Source: Macrostomum lignano (taxonomy: Eukaryota). Taken from it: a stretch of 64,000 bases of DNA. The notes under the pieces were generated by a model that saw only the letters and a program-made list of their open reading frames with translations, ran no database searches and was not told where the DNA came from. Positions 37,262 through 48,492 of the stretch are shown here, one piece after another (positions within the stretch are counted from its first letter, which is position 1; each line of letters begins with the position of its first letter). The stretch covers positions 496,001-560,000 of the forward strand of contig NIVC01000114.1 of assembly GCA_002269645.1 (NCBI GenBank), read 5' to 3'. The position numbers were made by a program, and so were the translations under genes.

Positions 37262-39342
37262 TTCTGGGATCTAGGATCTGGGATCTAGGATCTGGGATCT
37301 AGGATCTGGGATCTAGGATCTGGGATCTAGGATCTGGGATCTAGGATCTGGGATCTAGGATCTGGGATCTAGGATCTGGGATCTAGGATCTGGGATCTAG
37401 GATCTGGGATCTAGGATCTGGGATCTAGGATCTGGGATCTAGGATCTGGGATCTAGGATCTGGGATCTAGGATCTGGGATCTAGGATCTGGGATCTAGGA
37501 TCTGGGATCTAGGATCTGGGATCTAGGATCTGGGATCTAGGATCTGGGATCTAGGATCTGGGATCTAGGATCTGGGATCTAGGATCTGGGATCTAGGATC
37601 TGGGATCTAGGATCTGGGATCTAGGATCTGGGATCTAGGATCTGGGATCTAGGATCTGGGATCTAGGATCTGGGATCTAGGATCTGGGATCTAGGATCTG
37701 GGATCTAGGATCTGGGATCTAGGATCTGGGATCTAGGATCTGGGATCTAGGATCTGGGATCTAGGATCTGGGATCTAGGATCTGGGATCTAGGATCTGGG
37801 ATCTAGGATCTGGGATCTAGGATCTGGGATCTAGGATCTGGGATCTAGGATCTGGGATCTAGGATCTGGGATCTAGGATCTGGGATCTAGGATCTGGGAT
37901 CTAGGATCTGGGATCTAGGATCTGGGATCTAGGATCTGGGATCTAGGATCTGGGATCTAGGATCTGGGATCTAGGATCTGGGATCTAGGATCTGGGATCT
38001 AGGATCTGGGATCTAGGATCTGGGATCTAGGATCTGGGATCTAGGATCTGGGATCTAGGATCTGGGATCTAGGATCTGGGATCTAGGATCTGGGATCTAG
38101 GATCTGGGATCTAGGATCTGGGATCTAGGATCTGGGATCTAGGATCTGGGATCTAGGATCTGGGATCTAGGATCTGGGATCTAGGATCTGGGATCTAGGA
38201 TCTGGGATCTAGGATCTGGGATCTAGGATCTGGGATCTAGGATCTGGGATCTAGGATCTGGGATCTAGGATCTGGGATCTAGGATCTGGGATCTAGGATC
38301 TGGGATCTAGGATCTGGGATCTAGGATCTGGGATCTAGGATCTGGGATCTAGGATCTGGGATCTAGGATCTGGGATCTAGGATCTGGGATCTAGGATCTG
38401 GGATCTAGGATCTGGGATCTAGGATCTGGGATCTAGGATCTGGGATCTAGGATCTGGGATCTAGGATCTGGGATCTAGGATCTGGGATCTAGGATCTGGG
38501 ATCTAGGATCTGGGATCTAGGATCTGGGATCTAGGATCTGGGATCTAGGATCTGGGATCTAGGATCTGGGATCTAGGATCTGGGATCTAGGATCTGGGAT
38601 CTAGGATCTGGGATCTAGGATCTGGGATCTAGGATCTGGGATCTAGGATCTGGGATCTAGGATCTGGGATCTAGGATCTGGGATCTAGGATCTGGGATCT
38701 AGGATCTGGGATCTAGGATCTGGGATCTAGGATCTGGGATCTAGGATCTGGGATCTAGGATCTGGGATCTAGGATCTGGGATCTAGGATCTGGGATCTAG
38801 GATCTGGGATCTAGGATCTGGGATCTAGGATCTGGGATCTAGGATCTGGGATCTAGGATCTGGGATCTAGGATCTGGGATCTAGGATCTGGGATCTAGGA
38901 TCTGGGATCTAGGATCTGGGATCTAGGATCTGGGATCTAGGATCTGGGATCTAGGATCTGGGATCTAGGATCTGGGATCTAGGATCTGGGATCTAGGATC
39001 TGGGATCTAGGATCTGGGATCTAGGATCTGGGATCTAGGATCTGGGATCTAGGATCTGGGATCTAGGATCTGGGATCTAGGATCTGGGATCTAGGATCTG
39101 GGATCTAGGATCTGGGATCTAGGATCTGGGATCTAGGATCTGGGATCTAGGATCTGGGATCTAGGATCTGGGATCTAGGATCTGGGATCTAGGATCTGGG
39201 ATCTAGGATCTGGGATCTAGGATCTGGGATCTAGGATCTGGGATCTAGGATCTGGGATCTAGGATCTGGGATCTAGGATCTGGGATCTAGGATCTGGGAT
39301 CTAGGATCTAGGATCTGGAATCTAGGATCTGGGATCTAGGAT
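37262..39342. repeat. Near-perfect 14-bp satellite (GGATCTAGGATCTG)n
   Basis: About 145-150 units that look identical by eye, with variants only at the edges. Lies in the predicted 5'-UTR intron of TRP paralog 1. Confidence 0.98.
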
Positions 39343-39355
39343 GGGATATGGGATG

Positions 39356-42300
39356 TGTTGAAAAAGTAATGTAAATTGTATCTATGCTATTTATAGTAAC
39401 TCTCGTTAGATTCCCCAAGTCTTAGTAGAACTTTCTAGAACGACACTGTATAAGTTTGTCTATGCCTAAAACTAAAGTGATTAAATCAGCCTCTTCTCCT
39501 CTCTTAACTTTCCCCTTTTGCTCGTTGACTAAGAAATATATTCGATCAGCTACACTAATGCGTTTAAAAGCCAACAGGTTATGGGCCCAGCACGCTTCCA
39601 CTGCGCATAAGTGGTAGCTGATTCAGAAGCCTCGCTCAGACGGAAAATAGGCTTGTTCTCGACACGAACTTTCCGAAGAAATGGCGGATGATAAGTTTCA
39701 AGTGGACAAGCTGGGAAGCGGAAACGGGACTACCTGGAAGATTCAGATCAAGTTCTGTCTTATAGCGAGGAAGCTCTGGGGAGTCGTCGACGGTTCCGTA
39801 ATTCTCGCAGAGGATGCTACTCAGGAGCAAGAAAACGAATTTCGAGAGCAGCAACAGAGAGCTGCTGCAGTGATCGTTCTTTCAATCAAGAAAGAGTTAA
39901 TCTATCTAATAACTTCGTGTGGCGAAGATCCACATCGTATGTGGCAAGCTCTCCAACAGCATGCACTTCGAACAAGAATCAACTGCGAATAAGATCTTTT
40001 TGAAGAAACAGCTTTTCCGGCTGCAGATGAGTGAAGGGACCCGCGTACAGGATCATATACGCCATATGAAGGAGCTGACCGACAAACTGGCCTCTATCAA
40101 CGCACCCGTCAGTGAAGAGGACCAAGTGGTCATGCTGCTCAGCAGCCTGCCTGAGAGCTACTCTACCTTGGTTACTGCCTTGGAAGCTCGCGGTGATGAT
40201 TTTACACTGCAGATGGTTCACCAAGCACTCATCAACGAGGAGCAAAAGCGGAGTGAATTAGGTGAGCGAGGGTCTGGTGGTACACAGGAACACAGGGTGA
40301 AGAGTCTGCACTGAAGACCCAAAAAGGCCAAGGTCTGCGACATCGTGTTGTCAAATGTTTCAATTGCGGAAAGATGGGTGATTTTGCCCGAGACTGTCGT
40401 TCAGGAGGAGCGAAAAGGATCGTCAAGGACCACAACGACAAACTTGCACGGTATGTCGCCAAAACAGCCGATGGTGCTGCGACCTGGGACATCGCCGAAA
40501 CCTCGCTTGATGACGATGGACCTAAAAGCAGCTTCAACGAGACATTATTTGTATCGCCCGCGATGACCAGCTCTGACATATGCACCTGGATAATTGACTC
40601 TGGAGCGTCCTGCCACATGACATACTCTAGAGAGCTAGCTCGTACTAGTCAACTACAAGCAGTTTGGACGACCTGAACGGGTCAACCTAGGTGATGGTCG
40701 AACAGTCGAGGCCTGCGGCAGTGGTCAGGTAAAACTCATTATGCTCCTGCCACATGGAAAACGTTTCAAGACAGCTGTAACAGATGTACTTCTAGTGCCT
40801 CAGCTGTCGTGCAATCTGTTTAGTGTTCGAGCAGCAGCAGCAAAGGATAAAGTGATACAGTTCGGTCACTCAAAATGCTGGATTCGCAACAAGGCTGGAC
40901 TACTTGTAGGAAAGGGATCTGTTTGTTAGCAGAATGTACCAGCTTGACTGTAAAGTAAAATTTATGGCGAACGCTGCGGCAGTGGCAACTGCTGATTCAC
41001 CAGACACAAGTGCAACTTTATGGCACCAGCGTCTTGGTCATGTCAACGAACACCAACTAAATCAATTGACCAAAGACCAACTTGTGAGTGGTATCTCTAA
41101 GTTGCAGACTGCATGTGTAGACTTCTGTGAAGGATGTATCGAGGGCAAAATGCACTGCAAGCCTCATAGGTCGATTTCCGAAATCCGCTCTACCGAAAGA
41201 CTACAACTAATTCACAGCGACATATGCGGTCCTATGCAAACAGAGTCATTTGGTGGAAACAAGTACTTCGTCACCTTTATTGATGACTACTCACGCTGCG
41301 TTAAGGTTTTCTTCATGCGACAAAGGTCAGAAGTGCTTGATAAGTTTAAGAAGTTTGAGGCCATGGTTACAACAGAAACAGGACTCAATATCAAAGCACT
41401 GCGAACTGACGGCGGCGGAGAGTATGCATCAAGCCAATTTACAAAATTCCTGGAGCAGAAGGGCATTCGGCATGAGACTACCGTGGCTCATACACCTCAG
41501 CAAAATGGCGTTGCTGAACGGATGAATCGCACTCTCGTTGAATCAGCCCCCACAATGATGGCCCATGCTGGAGTAAGCAACCAGTTCTGGGCAGAAGCAG
41601 TAAACGCCGCAGCTTATGTGCGAAATAGAGTCGTGACGACTGCTCTTACTCCGCAAATGACGCCGTACCAGTGTTGGTATGGGCGCAAGCCCGACGTTAA
41701 GCACTTTCGTGTTTTCGGCTGCGTAGCCTATGCCCACATACCAGATGTGAAGCGAAAGAAGCTAGACAAAAGGGCCGAAAAGCTACGGTTCGTTGGCTAC
41801 AATACGGATGGAAGAAGCTACAGACTGTTTGATGAAAGGTTGAGAAAGACAGTCATCCGCTACGATGTGGTGTTCAACGAGACTGATTTTGGAACCTCAA
41901 AGAAAAGAACAAGAGACAAGGACGCGAGCTGGTTCAACTTGGAACTTGATGAGCCCAATATGACAGAAGAGACACCAGGCAAGAACAGGAACAGTCGGTG
42001 TCGACAGAAACTGATCAGAAGCGATACCCTCAACGTGAAAGGAGAGCCCCTGACCATCTCAAATATGAAGGTGCAAAAATGGCATCTGAAGCCGTACACT
42101 TTGCGTTCAGAATGACCGAAGTTATCGAACCGAAAACGATCGACGAAGCCCTGAAAACTCCGATGGATCCCAACGTAAAATTAGCCAAATACGACGAGGG
42201 CAGCAATCCAGTTGATTCAACAGCTTACCAGTCAATGGTTGGAAGCTTGCTCTATGCAGAAACTGTTACACGTCCAGACATCTCGTATGCAGTGGGAGTT

Positions 42301-43206
42301 GTCTCCAAGTTCAACAACAAACCAAGAGAAATACATCTAACCCCAGTAAAACGAATCTTCCGATACCTAAAGGGAACAATCGACTTTGGCCTAGAGTACA
42401 ACTCTAGTGTAGAGAACTTGATCGGCTATTCTGATGCAGACTGGGCGAGTGACGTAGATGATCGACATTCCACCTCTGGCATCGTGTTTAAGCTATCTGG
42501 TGGCGCTATCAGCCGGCTTAGCAAGAAGCAATCAACCGTCTCACTCTCGACAACGGAAGCTGAGTACGTTGCGCTGAGCTCTGCAGCACAAGAAGCCATG
42601 TGGCTACGGCGGCTACTAAGTGATCTTGAAAGATCAGGATCTGAGCGACCCACTGTGATCTACGAGGACAACCAAGGAACCATTGCTCTTTCTGAGAATT
42701 CTGCTGGAAGCCGACGGACAAAGCACATTGATATCAGACATCACTTCATTCGTGAAGCCGTCAGCAATGGGACTATTCGGGTGGTCTACTGTCCAACTGG
42801 CGATATGGCTGCAGATGCGCTTACTAAGCCGTTACCGAAGGACAAGTTCATGCAACTGCGAACAATGCTTAGAGTTGTTAAAATGTAACAGAGGAGTTTG
42901 AATTTACTGACATCTTAATCGGAACTTTGTGAAAACTGGACAAATTTTTGTAACCGCATACGTGGACAATTTTCATTAAGTGGGAGTGTTGAAAAAGTAA
43001 TGTAAATTGTATCTATGCTATTTATAGTAACTCGTTAGATTCCCTAAGTCTTAGAACTTTCTAGAGCGATACTCTATAAGTTGTCTATGCCTAAAACTAA
43101 AGTGATTAAATCAGCCTCTGGCACCATCTTCTCTTAACTTTCCCCTTTTGCTCGTTGACTGAGAAATATACTCGATCAGCTACACTACTGCGTTTAAAAG
43201 CCAACA
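39356..43206 (+). mobile_element. Ty1/copia LTR retrotransposon, complete ends, non-functional
   Basis: LTRs 39356-39576 and 42987-43206 (TGTTG...CAACA), TSD GGATG, copia-type PBS GGTTATGGGCCCAG, PPT aagtgggag. Gag with zinc knuckle, protease WIIDSGAS, integrase (HSDICGP, FIDDYS, QQNGVAERMNRT) and RNase H (YSDADWA, IYEDNQG, KHIDIRHHF). It has frameshifts and stops, and most of RT is deleted near 42165. Confidence 0.97.
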
Positions 43207-43365
43207 GGATGATATCACTGTTATAGTAAGCAAATATATATTTATTTTTTACTACAAAGTTATGTTAACACAACTTATTTATGTATGAGCTGTCTTTTTT
43301 TTCCTTCAAATTTTTTTTCTTGAAAAATAAATTAATTGTAAATTAATGTGTAATTTTTTACTTAC

Positions 43366-43416
43366 CTCTGCCGCCTCAGCTGGCTACGGGTCTCAACTTT
43401 TTGTTATAGATTTAAT
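43366..43416 (-). other. Putative non-coding 5'-UTR exon of TRP paralog 1
   Basis: Acceptor ttccag| and donor GAG|gtaagt. Its 3' end (agctgaggcggcagag) resembles the putative UTR exon of paralog 2 (agctgaagcggctgag). A TGA is in frame with the downstream ATG. Confidence 0.5.
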
Positions 43417-43539
43417 CTGGAATTGAAGTATGTAGATAGTTTTAGCAATGGAATAATTTTATCTGATTATTTTCATTTTTATTTTTACCTAACCCTAAAT
43501 CGTTTCAACCGCAATCGACATAGTAATATGTTGTAGCAA

Positions 43540-43790
43540 AATACGCATACTGGATATCGTTTCTCCATATGCCATTACAATATCTATTAGCACTTGTAAC
43601 GTAAACACTGGAAATACAGGACCCTTCTGTAGAAGCCATGGAGCACATGCTCGTTCGTAATACTTTTAGTAGCCAAGCACCCTCGTATGTACCTTTGCAG
43701 CCACAAAACCACAAAGGGAAGTCTTACAGTTGGTGTCTTGCGTTTGGACTAGCTCAAGCACTCCCGGATCATATGGGCAAAGCCTGATGA
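43540..43790 (+). mobile_element. Possible 3' remnant of a CR1/L2-like LINE ORF2
   Basis: Stop-interrupted frame ...SQAPSYV...SYSW...ALPDHM loosely resembles the APSY...W..LP C-terminus of L2/CR1 ORF2. Confidence 0.3.
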
Positions 43791-43882
43791 CAGCAACGGC
43801 TACTGATCAGTTAACTAGCTACTGATAGTAATACGACTGTTTAAAAACATCGAGTGATGGTATTGGAACGAGTATTCGATAG

Positions 43883-45168
43883 CAAAGACAGCTTAAACTA
43901 CCGGGACGCGAAACAAGCCAAATCATGGCGAAAAAAGTTGAGTGCTCGTTTGAGTCTATGGGGAAAAAAGTTTAAAAGCATGAAATGGTGTGTGTACAAA
44001 AGTACAAGGCAACTCGTACTCGTAGAAAAGAACACAGAAAATCAGGACTAAATAGAACGAATTTTAGGAGGAACTCAGATGAGGAGCAGCTAGATATGAA
44101 AGATTTCGGATTGGAGAATTTGAAACTCCAAAGACAGAATACTAAAAACTATACCGCAAATTCACTGGCCTCCCAGTCTGCGTAGCTTTCTGTCTTGCAA
44201 TGTAGTCGGTGCAGGTGCAACCTTCGATTAGCACTTTACCAGGCCTTTAAAATAAACATTCGTTAAGCCGACGACTTATACTGCCGTGTCTATAGAGCCG
44301 TCGCACTTCAGTGCTGCAACAACCTTTTCATTGAAGACTTGGAGAGCGAGTGTTACCTTCGTTTTTCTGTATGCTTGAACTGAAGGATAGCAAGCTTCAT
44401 GGGTTAATTCCGTTCGTTTGACAACGTGATATTCTTCTGATTTGTACAGTCGGATCACGTCCATCCATTTGGCCGATATAATTGTCTGCACCTGGCAGTT
44501 GACTAGTTAAATTTTCCATTGGATTCAGTTTGCCAAGTGTTGCAAGTCTCGAATCAAAACTGGCGTATGCATAATGAATGCGCGAACGGAGAAGTTTACG
44601 GCAATAAAAACTGTCTGTCTGTCCGTCTGTATCAAGCACGAAGAGGGAAAGCCAGAGAAGACAGAAGGCGGATCTTTCGGTCTTTCATGTCGACCATTCT
44701 TCAACATGGGGTGTCACTTGGCCAGTGCCTTTGGCATATGTCCATGTGTTCAGTCACTTTCTAGAATGGTAAATTTTATCGCAGTGGTTATTTTTAACAA
44801 TTTGTTTGTAATAAATTCATCCACGCACACCAGCGTATGATCGCGTAGAATTAACATCCTTCTTACCTCAAAAATATTTGGTAGGGTTTGTCTCCAGCGC
44901 TCCCGGTCTCGTGCATCTCAAAGAAGAGCAAATATCGTTTTCCGGCTGTTTTCTGAGTTATGGTTTGATCTGCAGTTAAAGACGCTGCACTTTCTCGAAA
45001 TTTTTCACAGTCGCACAAGAGTTGAGGGCTTTTTATTTGCCCTCACACCTCTTTAGACTGAAGAGTTATAGTTGGAACGGCCATAGAACACTGCTTTCAA
45101 ACGAGCCCCCAACTCCCTTTCACCATGATTTGGCTTGTTTCGCTTCCCGGTAGTTTTATTTGTCCCTG
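43883..45168 (-). mobile_element. Decayed, internally deleted P-superfamily transposon
   Basis: Diverged TIRs CAAAGACA/CAGGGACA...aactaccgggaMgcgaaacaagccaaatcatgg. Minus-strand transposase remnants HPMLKNGR and AKWMDVIRLY..E...KRTELT...KVTLALQVFNEKVVAAL resemble P/THAP9 transposases. No matching TSD was found. Confidence 0.75.
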
Positions 45169-45457
45169 AGCACAGTAGTCAGATATACAAATAACGCTCG
45201 AGGAAACATTTACATCTCAAACGTCGTTCTCTCAGTTGGGAGAAATAAATTCGCCGGCAATATACGAGTAGCACAAACCATGATTAATCATTGAGTTAAT
45301 ACATTTCGACCGTGTTACGAGCTACATTATGTCAAAATAATTTTGAATAATTTTTCAAACGGACTGTAGGAAGAATGAGGATGAAGTGACTTGAAAATCA
45401 AGGGGTGATTTAAACTCGATGACAACCTGTCGCAGTAAAAATTCTGTTAGACTCTGT

Positions 45458-45649
45458 TAGGGGTGGATTTAGGGAGAAGGGGGCTTGACAGAACATATTG
45501 CACCCCCCAAAAACCTAAGTTTGAGCCACCTAAGCTTGATTTTTTGCCCCTATCCGTATTTTTTTGTGCCCTTTAGCTTATTGGCGCCCCTTATACTCGT
45601 GCTGGCACCCCAAACTTGAATCGCCCCCCCCCCAAATGATCTGCCACTG
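45458..45649. mobile_element. Short hAT-like MITE
   Basis: Imperfect termini tagGGGTGGATTT / GATCTGCCACTG. TSD unclear. Confidence 0.35.
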
Positions 45650-47929
45650 TTAGAGTTACGTAGGAATTTAGATACTCGTGTGAAAACTTAAAAAATTCAA
45701 TCGGAAAATATGTCAGTTTGATAACTTACCAAAATTCTGTGATGCCTGCCGTCACTTGAAATGTTTCCGAGTGAAAGCTCGGACCTGCGCTCCGGGGGGC
45801 TTCTGTTACACTTTAAAACCTTTTTTTTCAATATAAATAGAAGCTGAAACTCCTAACAAAGTGGCGCCACTTTGACTTAGCTGGGAGGCTAGCCCGAGCC
45901 TGCCCCCTCCCCCTCATCCACTCTGAATATTTTTGGAATGCGAAACTTGCAAACTTGCCAGGGGCTTGAGTCTAGTCTAGGTACTATTGTTCTGCTCTGG
46001 AGAAGCATTCAAAAAAAGGTAAAAAAACCGTCAGCTGGAAAGCTCTTTATTGTAAAAGGTTTGGTAGCTATACTTCAAAACGAAGAGCTTCTGATATTAA
46101 GCATTTGGCAACGGTTAACTCGCAGCAAAGGGCAAGTAGTCGTGTACGTTTTGCCGAGTTCGGTCTTCCTGAGAGAGATTTTCTCTCTTTCACTACCTCC
46201 CCCCTCTATCTCTCTCATCACTGAGTTAGTTAAGCAATAAGCGAAACAGAAAGAAATTCTAGAAAATAGGCATTGCTGCTGCAGCCAGCTATCAGTGTGC
46301 CTTTCTAAGGAATGAAAAGGCATGAAAAACATCAGATTTTCAGTTTCTTTGGTAAAAGTGCAAGACTAGAGCACCCCTAGTCTGACCCCATACTTAAAGC
46401 AAATCAAAGCAGTATTTTATACACTATTTCTAATTTAGTCTGCAGAAAAATATACGTGATTCATTCTATCTGACGATCTACATGTATGTTGATCAAAGCT
46501 AATTTAGCCTATTTAGTTAAATCTAAATCTATTGAGATAAACGATAATATTTCATGTTCTTGCCTCACTCTCACATTCCTAAGCCTACCAACTCAAGGGG
46601 GTCACGCTACACTGCATAGTCTTCCTTTTTACGAGCTAAGTTCACTATGACCGACTGGAATTCATAAAATATAGCATAAAATATGGGATTAATTGCTTAT
46701 CAATTTCAGCAGGAGAGACAGCTCTATCTCTATGCTACGCTATGATATGCTTACTGTTTAAACATTTCGTCCTTTACCCTCATGTGCGACCCTAATGACA
46801 CTTTCTGCTTTATCATAAATCATAGCATTTTTATTTCAGTAATGAATACTCGTATGATGATTGGGAAATCGTGTTTTAAATCGTTGGTTCGTTATTCGTA
46901 TATTTGTTGAAATAAAACAATTGAGCTCGTCAATCTATTTGCGCTTGTTCCTATCTCTGTTGCCGTTCGTACGCATTTATAAAATTGTGGCAGCGGTAGT
47001 ACCGATAAATGAATGAAATAAAACCAGATACATGCAATAATTAATCTCCAATCCTCAGATATCTCACCTTCTTACACAGAGTCAAAATCAATGTGTTTTA
47101 TGCCTATAAAAACGGAGTAACAACGAACTGGCTACGCGGACAAGGATAAATTAAGTTTTTCAAAATAGCAGACATAGTTCATCCTCTAGCGGATATTCAG
47201 GAGGCAGCACGACAGTTAATGCCTGCACGACAACTGTTGAGGTGGTAGTGAATTAAATTCCAATCAAAGAAAAAGTTTTGTAAATGTGCATTTACTTTTT
47301 TAAAATTCATTGCACAATGTTTCCTTTTGTTTGTGCGTGTGTTCCCTGTTGCTTTTGTTCAATTTAAAAACTAAGTAAACCAATGTACTGTAGTAGTAAC
47401 AAATAGTTTCTAAAACCAGTTTTTTATTTCTCTGTTTGGTATATTATATTTTCTTCTAATTACTAATAATAACTATAATGTTGCGCTCTGAGTTGTTGAA
47501 ACTAGCACAGCTAGCAGTCAGTTGTCTCCACAGTCAGCTATCGCTGCAGGCAATTGTGCGCAGGCAATTGTCGTGGAACCATTCAGGAGCCGATAGCGTG
47601 ACTAACGGGGCTCACAGATTCAATGAAAGATTCAGCTGAAGTACCAACTTCTAGCACAGTGGAGGCGGATCTTCATTCAAGCTTATCTTACCTGCTAATA
47701 CGTAGCAAAGCAGATCAAACAGTGATAGGCAATCAAGGTAATACTAATGTTTTAAAAAATGAGCAGAACCAACGTTAAACGTCTTAAGGAATTCTTACGG
47801 AAAAATAATTTAACTGTCAAATTCAAAGCAAATCAAGCCGTGTACGAGCTACGACCGTAGTAAAACGTTTTATATCCATTTCTTAATATTTATAATGTCA
47901 AAATTCAGATTAAAATTTGCAAAGAAGCA

Positions 47930-48052
47930 AAAGTAAGAAGTAAGAAGCAAGTAAAAAGAAGTAAGAAGTAAGTAGAAAGAAGTAAAAGAAGTAAAAAGAA
48001 GTAAGAAGTAAGTAGAAAGAAGTAAAAGAAGTAAAAAGAAGTAAGAAGCAAA
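47930..48052. repeat. Purine-rich (AAGT/AAG) low-complexity tandem repeat
   Basis: aagtaagaagtaagtagaaagaagtaaaag-like units repeated. Confidence 0.85.
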
Positions 48053-48492
48053 AGAATCAGCGATATTTAGTTTTTTTACATTGAATACACGTAAGTTCTC
48101 ATGTACTAAAAAAATAAGAGGATAAGAATTTACTAAACTCCAGTTAGGTAACGTTAAATTAGCTAGTCAAATTACATTCGTATTTATAAAAAGGCTGATA
48201 TTAGCGGTGGCTTAAATTTTCATACCAGCTTTCAGAGAAGGTACATAAATTGTTAACAAATCAGAAAAAAAATCTGCAAAAATTTCAAAACTAAAAAGAC
48301 TGATTAGCGATGTTGACCTGTATTCACTATAAGACTGAACGTCGTTTATTAGAGCGGTAGCCTCTCTGTCAGTCAAAAATTGTTTCTTATATATATATAT
48401 ATATATTTAATATTTATTTAATATATATATTTCCTTAAGCAAGTGCAGTTTTATTAGTTACACGTACGTGTAGCAGCTGCTACACTACCGTT

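Noticed and set aside
37262-39342. Interstitial telomeric array
   Set aside because: The unit GGATCTAGGATCTG does not match TTAGGG-type repeats.
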